From the NCBI GenBank assembly GCA_976226885.1, contig OZ320313.1:159836001-159900000 (forward strand): 64,000 bases of DNA, read 5' to 3'. The position numbers and the translations under genes are program-made. Within the stretch, counting starts at the first letter, position 1, and each line of letters begins with the position of its first letter. This DNA is from Iphione sp. A-MEVVRFRX5. Taxonomy: Eukaryota. Below are positions 36,143 through 48,935 of this stretch, piece after piece. The notes beneath the pieces are model-generated. The model made no database searches, was not told the DNA's origin, and was given only the letters and a program-made list of their open reading frames with translations.

Positions 36143-38243
36143 ATATACAAAACCATGTATGAAAGAGCAAATGCTCTACGAGTAAAGATAAATGGAAACC
36201 TAATGAGAGAAAGATCAACATATATCAAAAAGGAATTAGAACTTAACAAAGAAACCCCTAGACGCTACTGGCATGTAATACATTTGATACTAGGAAAAAC
36301 AAAGGATACCCCGCATATTTCGGTCATAGAAAACCAAAAACAACTAACAAGCATAGATACTGCAAATCTTTTTAACACACACTTTGCCACTGTGGGGAAA
36401 GCGAATTCTAACTCGAATGACCAACTAATAACTAAAGGAATACCCAACAATGCAAATAAGCTAGAGCTCAAACCAACAACTGAGGTCATCATGAAGAAAT
36501 TAGTAAAATCTTTGAAAGTAAACAAACCCAGTGGAATCCCAGGCTACAGCTCAAAAACACTCATACCGGGACTCAAAAGCTGCATCACTCAACTAACATA
36601 CTTAATAAATAAGAGCATATCGACTAGCACTGTCCCAAGGGAATGGAAGGTTGCCTACATCACCCCACTGTACAAGGGAAAGGGTCAAAAATCAGATCCC
36701 AACTCGTACAGACCAATCAGCATATTGCCGATGCCAAGTAAGATTCTAGAAAGAATAGTATTTAATCAAACTATGGAGTATGTAGAAAAAAAACACCTCC
36801 TATCAGACAATCAATTCGGCTTCAGGAAAGGACGCTCAACCATACATGCCATAGAAAAAACTCTAAACTACATTTATGACAATCTGGACTGAGGCAATAT
36901 AATAGGCAGTATTTTTATAGACTATAGGAAAGCATTCGACTCCCTCCAACATGACATACTACTTAAAAAACTTGAAAAAATGGGCTTTGGACGAAGCACG
37001 GTATGGTTCGAAAACTACCTCAAAAATAGAAATATAATCACAAAGGTTAATGGTATTCACTCTAACAAAACACCATTGCTGTTAGGGGTACCCCAAGGCA
37101 GCATATTAGGCCCCCTCCTCTTTACATTATTCATTAATGACTGTATGTACAACATAGAAGGGTGCTGCTGCACAATGTACGCTGACGACACTGTAATTCT
37201 CTATGGTGACGCTGATATCAACAAGGTAAGAGAGAAACTAACAACAGAAGGCAACAAGCTAGACCAATGGTGTAGCGCCAATGGCATCAGAATAAATTAC
37301 ACTAAGACGGAGACAATGCTATTCAGCACGAAGAGACATAAATCAAGAAATGCTGAACTGAACTTGTATCTTGGAGAAAATAAGCTAACTCAGGTCAACT
37401 GCTACAAATACCTTGGGTTCACCCTTGACTCACATTTGGATATGTCTCTGGAATTAAGCAAAAAGCTAAATAAATCCTATGGTCTGTTGAACCTTCTAAG
37501 ACATGTACATAGATAAAGCGACCAGAAAACAGAAATCACTGTTCTAAAATCTTATCTAATTCCGAACCTAGAATACGGAATAGGCTTGATACACTGTTAT
37601 ACAAACAGGAACTTCAGATTATTAGAAAAGCAATTGATATGTGCCATTAAGATAATCTGGGGAAGAACCTGTGATGTTTCAAAAACAATGATTGAAAATA
37701 ATATACTGCCTTTCAAATGCAGAAGCCAATACTACTCACTAACACTGAATCACACTATGCTCTATCAAGAATACCAGATATTACATGAATCTACTGTCCT
37801 AAGAAACCCAAGCTTACGTCTGTCAAAACCGAAAACAACACAAGCTGTACTCAGCCCATGGTATTTTACGAGAAATTTATGGAATTCAATTGATCCGATA
37901 TTAAAAACACTCCTTAAGGCCCCGTTCAAAATCAAACTAAAAAGATACCTGTTTAATCGCATGGAGAAGGAGAATTTAAGGATTCACTAAATGCATATTG
38001 TGAAACATTGTATTCAATATTTGTGTAATATACAACATCGAATTATTTGTTTTACTCATGAATACTCATACATTGTACTGTAATGTCTTATTGTATATAT
38101 TGTAAATAATGTAAATATTGTACATACTGTATCATATTATGTGTATATAGAATACCAAAATGTCAATGAATATATGTAGAAATCCTGGTACCAATGGAAA
38201 TACCAGGTAAAATATTGGAATAAAAAAAAAAAAAAATATACAA
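36143..38243 (+). mobile_element. 5'-truncated LINE copy: RT, AT-rich 3' UTR and poly(A) tail
   Basis: The RT ORF is followed by a ~230-nt AT-rich UTR and AATAAA running into A15 (38222-38236). A candidate 8-bp TSD ATATACAA lies at 36143-36150 and 38236-38243. The 5' boundary is uncertain because an RKDYLNK-like remnant may extend it to ~36090. Confidence 0.85.
36155..37990 (+). pseudogene. Reverse transcriptase ORF of a CR1/L2-group non-LTR retrotransposon, 5'-truncated (no APE endonuclease), two in-frame stops
   Basis: ORFs 36155-36892, 36980-37516 and 37586-37990 share one frame, broken by TGA at 36890 and TAA at 37514. LINE RT motifs are present: YRPISILP..SKILE, QFGFRKGRST, DYRKAFDSL.H..LL.KL, GVPQGSILGPLLF..FIND, YADDT, YKYLG..LD..L, LWNSI. 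Confidence 0.96.
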
Positions 38244-39406
38244 CAGTGTTGTCTGACCCTAATATTGTAAACATGTCATGAATAGAAAAAACAGTTAAAT
38301 GTCATACTCAATACACGTTTGCGTAGTGAGTATCATGTTTACATGTTAATGAAAATATTTTACATTGCATCCTGTGACTATCTTCGTTAAAGACCGAAGG
38401 GCTGCTCTAACTGTTGCATACCTCTTGCCACTCAGACGTAATTCGAAAAACTGATAGAAACTCCTAAAAATTTTAATTCCGTGATCCGATGATAGCTTAC
38501 AGTTAACTCAGCGTTTCATCTAGGTAGACTTCTTCAAATATAGGCAAAAGAGATCTCTCGTGCATGTGCTGACGGATATTTGTCGTATATCCATAATGCT
38601 GATTGCATTATCACAACAGGAATATTGTACCATGAATAAAGAATGAGTACTCCTATCTAAGTACTTAGCCAAATCACAGCGAAAGGGGTTTGAAAACTGT
38701 ACTGATGGAAATCTTTTAACCTTCGCATTTATGAAGAAAACCTTGTCCTATCTTAGGTTGCAGGAGACTATTTAAAGCTGCGACCATCGCGATCCTGTGT
38801 TAATTTCCACTGACTCTTTTTCTGAAAAAAAAGTAACTTGTCCTCGAACGCAGATAAAATGTAACGGAGAAGTAGCAATTCGTACTAAAACAAAATCTGT
38901 AATGAGTCACTATGTCATGTTTGTCCATAATGCTAGTAAATGACGGTGCTCAATCCGCACAACATAACGAACGCCCATCTCTCTATGCTGAAAGGTTCTC
39001 TGAATTCGTCGCTAGACGCATAACCTCTTCATCTGACTGCTTTGAAACCTTAACTCATTGTTACAAATGCCAGCTCTTGCTTCTGATGAAAGATACGGAC
39101 CTTGTCCACCACGCTACATAAAACTTTACTTTAAAAAAAAATGTTATTCCCAGGTTGCATGAGAGCAGGGACGACTGTAAGAAAGATGTCTTTAATTGGC
39201 ATTGAAATGAGAAAGCCAGGAAAGGAGGACGCAAAGAACACTGAAACCTGATCCTGGGGCTTTCGCAGACAAAGCCCCACTAAAAGCCTGCGAAAGCAGC
39301 GGGGACGGATAATTAGCAGACTTTGTCACTAGTGTGGCAGAGACATTACCAAGTTACCCTGGCAACCCGTTGGCTATGTCGCACGCCATTGCGTCGCAGG
39401 GTACGA

Positions 39407-41331
39407 CTAATTACCAGAAGACATCCATCTTAGAGCAGCACGAAAAAGGAGAAAATTTAAAGGCTCTAAGCGTATGGAAACCAGCACAAGAGGAGCTTCT
39501 CCGTCATGTTCATATATGATTTTTTTTTCTGTTACATATAACGCCACTGACTTTTTATTCGTCAAGGTAAAATGGTTACGTGAATTTTTAAAGGTAAGCA
39601 AGGATATAAGAACTGGCTGGCTTGTCTCTACAAGCAGCGGGTTTTGTCTAAATGTACTGTTGTCAGCGTAATGCAAGAGACAGTGCGTTGTCGTCGTTTT
39701 ATTTCCATTTGAGAGACATCTATAGGGTCTATCGGATGCCACCCTGCGGAACCGACCGTCCGAGTGTCACCTATTCGGTGTCTGGTGCCTTTTACATGAA
39801 ACATTTGCCGTAGGCAGCACGGCCCAGGGGCCTTTCCGGCAAGAGATAATGGATTTAACCGGGATGTTACACGGCACGATAAGCCGATGGCACACACAGA
39901 CAGCTCTGTCTCCGAGCGGAGATTACCGCTCTTTTTACCTCAAAAAAAATCCTTAAGACTGGGTAGATAGGGTCCTTTGACACGTACACGCGTTAATGCG
40001 CAAAAGGTCCCATGTGTTATCAGGACGTATGACACCGTGGGATGGGCATGGGGTGGATAAATACCCAGAAAGGATGGCAAAGACATCCCGGAAAAGTTTT
40101 ACAAGTAACCTCCCAAAATAATGTACATTTATGCACATCTATACTGCGTATGATGATGTTTGTACTCCCAAGCCCACGAAAGGTATGTTTTTGAGAGACA
40201 AGGAGTGAAAAAAAAATTCCGGTAGGAGGTATGGCAAGTTGGTGCGAGAGCTTTAAGATATGCTGCGTGGGTATGTACTGATGTGTCACTGAATGACATT
40301 TTTTTTCATCGAAATGTCTGTGTCCTGTGGTAAACCGGCTCAGCAGGCAGATCCACAGGTCTTCGTCCGTCCAATACAGGAGCAGAGGTAGAAATAATGA
40401 TCTCGTGAGCACGGGCTTTCATTGTGCGGAACGACATGTTATGATGGCGCGAGGATGCTTATACACTATCTTTCATTAGCTGCGATGAAATGAATACGTC
40501 GGCAGGGATTATCAATAGCAGTTTACGGGGGCATTCCGAGTCTGCCAACGACGTCATAAAGAAGCGGCAGTTGGTCAACGGACAAATCCACTGATCCATC
40601 AAGGTCGACCAGTTTCCATGCACCCATGTGGGGAAGAGAATGTTGGCGAGCGATAATATGGGCTTATGGCCACTCTTCGTCACTTCTAGACGTAATGTCC
40701 ACAAATTTGTTCCCGTGAACAATATGAAAACGCTATAACTAGGGCAGGTAGGGGGGCCGCGCCGAAGAAAGACGTCCTGGGTAATCCAAAGCCAAGAACG
40801 TGCGAACTGTCCGCGCATACACTCACAATGTAAGCTTCATTCATCAAAGTGGCCCCCGATGTCGAATGGATAGTGGCCCGAGATTGTATGCATTATCAGA
40901 CCTATGCCAATGGAATATGGTGAGTTGTGACCCCCTGGGGTACTGAGCAGAAGAGTAATAACCGGAAGAACTTTATTAAACGTCAGGTAACACGGATCAG
41001 AATTTACTGTGTGGATGAGAAATGTTAAGCAATAACTCAGCTCCATAATAATGCAGCTCTATAGCAATGAAAAGATGGGAAGAAGTTATTCGGGGGGCAA
41101 TACATCGACATGAACACGGATAAGTTACATATTAACATCGAAATTAGTAGACGTGTTTAATCTTCTCTGTGTCTCCCTTATCACTTCAGACAACATGCGG
41201 AGTAATGCAATTGTATCTTTCAGAATGGCGTTTAAAAACAAATGTTTATTACCGCTCAACCTAACCTTCTCATACTTGTATTTTATAGCCAACTCAAAAA
41301 GTCTTTGTATTGATTGTCTTGAGAGAGTCAA
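39407..41331 (-). pseudogene. ~1.9-kb minus-strand block tiled by ORFs; probable decayed coding region of unknown identity
   Basis: 41331-40459 is one frame of 291 codons with 4 internal stops. It is followed by 130-, 61-, 89- and 111-aa ORFs in shifted frames. Confidence 0.4.
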
Positions 41332-44300
41332 CTGTTAAATTATCGGGATAGAAAGCAGCAGAAGCAGCTGATTTTCGGTGCGGATTATTTCAAACGTTAA
41401 TAGAATAAAAGGATATGGAGGCAAAGGGTTAAGAGAGCCCAAACCGACAAAAATCGCCAATTACGCAGGATCAATACGGGCCTGACTCCTAGTGGTAATT
41501 GCCAAAAACCTCGCCGGTGGGTGCAAAGGTGTGACCTGACTGTGGTCAATTAATGAGGCCTGGACCATGGCCGAGCGCTTGCCGTCAGCATTACCTGAAC
41601 CCGGCCACAAGAGGGGAATTCGATGAGGGCCCGGGTACATTGGCGCGCAGGGTTAGCATCGTTGGGCGGTTCGGGGAGCGAGAGGAGTGGGGAAGGGGGG
41701 TGGGGGTGGGGAGGGGGGCGTTGTTGGGGCTGCGTCGAACAAGTGTCCGGGGCCTACCATTAACACTGCGACCAGAAACCACTTAGACCATGCCTGGGCC
41801 TCTGGCGTTTGAGCACAGCTGATCGAGAGTCGAGTCAGCGGTCCTTCTAAGCGGGCCCGGCCGTGCAGTTTGGGGCCCGAGCTTCTTATTCTTACCCTCG
41901 TGGGCGGGTAGTGTGCCCTCTAGACAAGAGGGACTGGCTCGACATAAGCCCTTTCCCTTGTCATCAGAAGAATGATGGTCGTCAGAAATGCGGCCTTGGA
42001 AGTTATCCCCTTTGTTTTCGGATCCGGCCATAAGGTCAGATATCCCTTTGAAATCACGACAAATACGGCTCACGTGAGAGAACGGCGATTATGTTATGCC
42101 TAGAGAACATAGCCGAATATTAGCATAGCTCTAAAGCCAAGCAACAGGAGACGCCTCTACTTCAGCACCTTTCGCCACCTCATCATGTCCACATCCCCAT
42201 CAGTCGTGCAATAGATCCGGGAGAGATGGCGGGGCTATGTTCCCATGTGACTGATATGTTTTTAATTAAGTGGCTAGCCTGCCGTAGGCACTGTCAATGG
42301 AGGCTCGGATCCATGCATCAAACCTGTCATCCAGGCAAACACGGGGCCAACAATCCAGGGATAAATCTCGCACCAGGTCCCAGAGGAACCAGCTGAAAAA
42401 CAGGCCCTCCCTAGCTGACCCCTACTGTTGACGAGGCGCCGACGGGCCCAACGGGAGATGATTATAATCAGGCACTTATTAAGCCAAATTGAGAACTATG
42501 TGAATTAAGGAAGTATTAATGGTGCGTAGAGCAAGCCAGCCGAACAGCAGCAGCACCGGGATCAAGTCTTGTCTGAGCAGATCTGAGCAACTCTCCGGGT
42601 GTAATCTCACACCAGAGTTTGACGTGTTGGCAAACGGGCCGGGCGGCGTCGAGCCCGCTCCTCGCCGTGTTATGCTAGTCATGTCTGAGCGGTAGGACAT
42701 ACAAGGTCAAGACCATCAGCCAGCCTAGTCGAACCTCGCCATGTCACGTCAGACGGGCCCTAGACCAACACTCAAACACACCCCCTTAACCTATGGAGAG
42801 CCGACCATGAGCTCCTCCTGAAACGATAACACTGTTCGTTGTGGGCACCTCAGGAGAAACTAGTGGCAAGATCACAGACCGCAGGCCCATCGATTTTATG
42901 CAATACACTCAGCCGAAACGGCTCTCCTTCCCAAAGGTGCGTCCATTTCGCCTGGTCAGGTTGTAGAAATAAAACCTTGGTTAAAAGAAATGGTGTTCCG
43001 TACAGGGAAATACTTGGACGTTTCGTTCACTTGCAGTACTGTGTTCCTAATATAAAGAAAATAAAGCCGTATACGTGTGCATATATGTACTTTGGGCGTG
43101 CTGGAAAAAATGGCATTAGTCACTACTTTGGCAGTCTCGACTTTGTTCTGCGCTCCCATCTGCGCAATAAAGAAACTTCCGAAGCCACTCTATTGTCACC
43201 AGCACTATGTTGTGTTGTATGACCTAGGGCAATATTCTCCTACGAGTATGTGACTCATAAGACCATAATTTGACGGGCACTGCGGCCGTTACGAACACCG
43301 TCGATTTTGTTCGGTCACTTCGGTCGTGAACGTGACTCCGACCATTTGCACGTAGGGACACACAAATGTGCCATGATGTCTATACACCCGAAGATTACTC
43401 CGGGACAAAGGTGCTGTGGTGACGGGTGAAGTTTCGCGGGTCGCCATTGCAATTCCCACGGTCAGTGTCTGCATTCACCGGGCAGGATGGAACAACAGTG
43501 GCTAGAAGTCGGTTCTAAGATTGGTTCGGTTGTAAGTGCAAGGTAGAAGTTGTATCATCTCAACTGATAACAATTGCAACTTGAATGTTGTACGTGCCCT
43601 ACAGTTGACATAATGTGCATTGGAGCAGAATCCGTTGGCGTATACGAGCATTCACCTTCATCGACATACCTCAGACATGATAAAATGCCAAGCTTTTTTT
43701 ACATGCAATCGCCCAAGCTAACTCCGCACGACTGGTTTTCCTGTAAGAGCAAATGGAAGACTCATCGCTCGCCGCAAACTATAGCCAATCAGCGTATAGC
43801 ACGACTCGACTGGCAAACAGCACTGATCCTCGGTCAACAGACTGTGTCCTAGTGGGTCGGTTAGATGGCATGGGATGAGGAGACCTACACAGACAACCAA
43901 CAATATCAAAAAACTTTATGTGTTTTTTTGCGAGAGGAAAGAATGTTCGTCTCATCATCGAGTGGGAAAGACATCGAGTGGCCTGGCTTGAGGTCCTGCG
44001 AGATCCCGCGAGATCCTACGACCGAGTCTGTTAAGTATACATGGTTTAAATGGTGGGGTTAGTGATGTGGAGGCGGAAAGTCCGGGCAAGGACACTGGCG
44101 ACAAGAAGACAGATTGCATACGCCCAAATGCAACCACGTCAGGCCTTCGATCGGTGTCCGAGCAGAAATTCGGAATAAATGCGGCTGGGGTGTCCACTAG
44201 TCTAGCCTAGTATCAGAAATTCTGAATAAAGGATGGATATGAAAAAAGAAGGTAAATTGATGGGTTCCATTCATATCTAAAGCCTGTGGACTGCATAGCC

Positions 44301-47300
44301 ACGCTAGTTGGAATTCCAGAGGTGGTTGTACTTCGCCGCCAATATCGATATGCAATTCACATTTATCTATCATTCACAGATATGTAGGGAGATCTTCATT
44401 TCTCTTGGGATTGTTGCAGCTAACCACACAAGTGCTGATATGCCGTTCTTGTACTTAAAATATGTCATTGTATCTTTGCGTAATTACATATCTTCGTCTT
44501 ATAGATATAATGAAATCAGCAAGGAAACCTACTTAACAGAGAAATATTTTTCAGATGTAGATGGATAAAGGAAACGACAGTGATACTCTTCTCGTGCAAT
44601 ATCGCAAATACATAAACACGACAGTGCTTGGGCATGTGTAAATATTCGTTACCCCTTCCTTCTAGCGCTAGATTCAGAGGAATAATGTTGAGCACACACT
44701 TACAAAACACACAAAAAACCTCTGTACTACGCAAAGGTATGGAACACGAAGTACCACAAACAAGCAACCAGTCCATAACAACCTAATCGGCAGCGATTTA
44801 TTTAATAAAGACATTCTCAGAGGGTCGGTATAATCATGCGATATCTTCATCATAATGGATTTAGAAGAGAAAGGAAGCAGAATGAATAATAGCAAACCCA
44901 TCGAATATTAATGGTCGGAACAAGTCGTTTTCGACATGTGGTGTCGGAGAATCGTTGCCCAGTATACCTTGCATGACCACATCTCCGTTTGGGCGCTTTA
45001 CCAGGTGCTTAAAACGCACCGCCTATAAACATTTCATGCGACACTTTGTTAGCAGCCGGATGCTGTCAAAGGAATGTTGGACCATGCAATTTTAATAGGC
45101 TGAAGGCGAAGCCAAGCTTTACGGGGACGAGTTTAATTTTAGAGACAGGAGGACATAAACAGTACGTAAGCTGACTTTATCAATGGTTTATGCCAGAAAA
45201 TCAGAATTGATTTGAGCGCTTTGTTACTGCAAAAGAGAAAGATTCTTTCGAAACATCTTACCATGAATCAAGACATTTTTTGGCGATAGTGTGGAAAGAC
45301 GAGCGCAGCGTCCTCTCTTTTTAGGTAGTCGAAGTAATCTTCTGTTTTATAGCGTCTCATTTTCAACCATAAAATTTATGTTCTTCAAGAGAACTCTCCT
45401 TTTTTTACATTCATAGTTAATTCAAATCTTTCGCCGTATTAGTATCCTCTTTACCAGAGGATTACTGCATGCAGCGTAGGCATACTGTCCGCAACCTCAC
45501 TTGATAAGACCATCATTATGAATTTTCAGGGACAACATGTACCGTCATTCATCATACGGTAAAGATGAGCTCCACCGATTTTCTGATTGCATTGGATAAA
45601 TATTAGCAGATCTCCACATATCAAACGGCATTTATTTTAAGCCAGTGTTACATGTGGGCTGTGCGTCCGCCACACATTATCCCACATTTCAATGAGCACG
45701 ACACTTTATCCCCCCCTCGGATATTAGATAACAATGCGCCATGAGGCAGTTCAGGATCCATCTAACGGGTACTCCCTCACCCAACCCAACGCCAATCCTC
45801 ATGAAAGAATGATCTCACAGGGAGTTGGGTTCCGTGATGGTTGTGCAATTCCTATGAATTATGAAGCCGTTTATACTGTCCCTATACGTAATAGAGCATC
45901 AGAAGACGGGGGGGGGCTGAGGATGGGAACGCTTTAATCATCATATGACGCAACCCATCGTCGGGCTTCCTCCATTAGACTCGCCGGCCGTTGATGTTTT
46001 CATATACTTGACCTGAATTCGCAGGGCTTAGGCTGCCGTCGTAAATTGCCAGGTTAATGTTATACTTAATATTTTTCGTGTCAGTGATAGGGCGCGGACG
46101 CTCTGACGTGATCTATCAATTACTATTTGACCTCCTTTGTCTTAAGGTAATGGGATTTGCCTGGGTCGTTCTATAAAATCGGAACTGAACGTCAACCTAG
46201 CGTGAATTATTCATAGGGGTGAGGGAAAAGTTCGCGGTGTGTCACTAGATGCTGGGAGGCGTCTGGTTGTAAAACTCCAAACACAGTCCGGCACACGGTA
46301 AAAACAGAACATTGCAGCGTTGGCATCATGTGAACTGTTTCTGAAAGTGGGCAATGGTGTACTTATTGCAGACGAAATATCTTGGCACAGGGATGCACCA
46401 CATGGATGTTCATATGTACATATGTATACCTGTAATTCCAATCATTAAATTCGTTGTCCCTCAAAATAGACAGTAATAAGGGGGGCTGCTGTAATATGTC
46501 AAGATAATATTTAAAACCTGAGGCTGTTATTTTCTCTAGAGTGTATAATCATTCATTACAACACCGTTATTAGATACAGAATGTATCATTCATCTTTGTT
46601 TGTTGCATTCTATTGGATAACTAATTTTGCAGTGGTACTATGCCATCTTCAGGTAGTATTTCATATATTTTTTGTAATATATTGTGATCTACAGTGTCAA
46701 AGGTTATTTCTGAATCCAAGAAACATATAATACATAATAATCCTTTGTTGCTACATATTTTTGATAGTATCTTTTACATGACATATCGCATCTAACGGCT
46801 TTAAATGAATCAGAAAGATATCGTCTGCCATGTCATAACCTTTCTAAAGCTGTTATTTAACCGGACAAAAAGGCACCAGAGCTTCAAACAATTTACAGAT
46901 GTCGTTCATCTTTCTTGTAAAATAGATACATTCAATACACTATCACATATTTCGTTGAACCATCCTTGTCCTCTGATACATAGTAATATACTTTGAATCA
47001 TATTCAGAAATAAAGTGGTTCATTCTCCAACTAGTTTACACTAATTGATTAGATGGTAAAGCACGTCAGGTAGTGTTTTGTAGAACAATGTCTCTCACTA
47101 TGTTTTTATTGGGAATGGTGTCGTTTCTAGTGATGGCATCTAATTACTGATTGTGACATTAACCCCATATCCAGTTCCCTTTTTTCAACTATTCAAACAA
47201 CGATTTCTTTAACTTTGTCTTAAAGCTTTTGTGGTCATGTTCATACAGGTGTTTGGGCATAGAGTTCCACAGGGCTATATTTTGTGAACTTGATATTAAA

Positions 47301-48648
47301 ATTTATGTGATGCGAAAGTAAAAGAAACAGATCATGGTCCCTTTGATCATGACACGGACACAAGGAGAGAATAAAGGATGAAAGTATGACTTTTCCAGAA
47401 AGAAGTGTGGCTTTTCACCGACACGAGAAAATGTAAAAAAAATACAATTCGTTCCTCTATCACAACATGAAGTGCGTGTATGTTTCCATACTTGATTGAA
47501 TTCTTTCTGAAAGTGTTTGAGTGGTTAGACATATAAATTTTCCAATTTTGACAGAGGAAACGAATTGGCCTCTCCTACTGCTGAAAATGATGTATTTGTA
47601 TGATATAAACTGTCGAATGAATATAGATCTACACCTTTCACCAATACAACAGGTAAGCGCATTACACAGCGAACTATGGGATAAATCTATCGACATACCA
47701 CATTTTATAAAATTGCCGCATTACCCCTCATAAATTGTGTGGGGAATGTGATTTCAGATTCGAATTATTTACCATTATGCCGTGATCGTCGCTGGCCGGG
47801 ACTGGCTTCGACAAACTTTTTATGCGGAGGGTGAAAAAAATATCCATTCCTAAAGCAGTAAAATGATTTAAACGGCCTTCGGTGGTGTAGCAAGCAAATC
47901 GCAAGCCAGTCAGATCGGGGTTAGTGTGGGCCTGAGGCCCAGCGGGCAAAACCTTAGAGAGATTGGTAATAACTCGGCTCTGATCCTGGACCGTGATCCG
48001 TGCCGACCTCACGGATCGTCGGCTTGAATTAAGCTGTGCAGACGTGGTGGGTGGTTCATTAAAATCAGTGACATCAATGCTCTAGAGATTCAGACCGCCT
48101 CCTAATGTACCCGCGTCATGATCTATGCTTCCCACATCGATACACTGTCAGCCTGAGCGTGAGCAATAATGCTTTCCGTTCGGTTCCAAACAATAGTCAC
48201 TTAGAAGTGGGGCCCCACAGGTAGGCTTGGATGAGAGAAGCGCGCCAAGGTTTCCTCATGCAGAACACGTTCCCTTTCACTAGCAAATGTTTCGTGCCGG
48301 TAATATTGATGAGGTGGGCTTTGATTAAGATACATTTGTACTGATAATTAATCAATGCTTTTCATCAGGTGACAGTTCGAAATATGGAGAAGAAATCGAA
48401 CTAGTAACAATAAGAGTATGGCCCAAGTTTCTTTCTAGAAATGTGTATCTATATAAATGATTTTTGTGGTAGGAAATCTAAATTCTAAATGTACATTTGT
48501 ACTACATATTCACATACACACATTGTGCACATACGTATATCCACCTTCCCGTTTGTCTACATGTTTTCTATATATGGAATTTGTAAGGCCAACTTTACAT
48601 GAATCCGTGGTAGCTAATGCAGGGTGCAAATGGGAAAGCTGTCTCAGG

Positions 48649-48935
48649 TGTTGATACTGTAACATTCAATACAAAGATGCAATGACATGACTCAGGCGTT
48701 TAAGGAACAAGTGATTTATTGCAAAAGAGACTATCTAGTAAGCTCAACATAAGTGGAGGTTCCCTACCCAGAACAGTCCAGGCCCCTGGGGCCAGATCTT
48801 ATATAGCCCCCTGGGGCCCCGGAGTGCCACACTCCACCCCAGCACCCCACAGTGCTGCATGCCACATGCTGCACTCCGCACCAGGGCATCACTGTGATGC
48901 ACTCCACTACAATACTTCTCCATAGGTGCCCCACA
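48649..48935 (-). mobile_element. Probable solo LTR (~287 bp)
   Basis: TG...CA termini and flanks TCAGG/ACAGG (5-bp TSD, one mismatch). On the minus strand a TATATAAG box (~48796-48805) comes first, then AATAAA (~48715-48720) near the 3' end. Confidence 0.5.
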
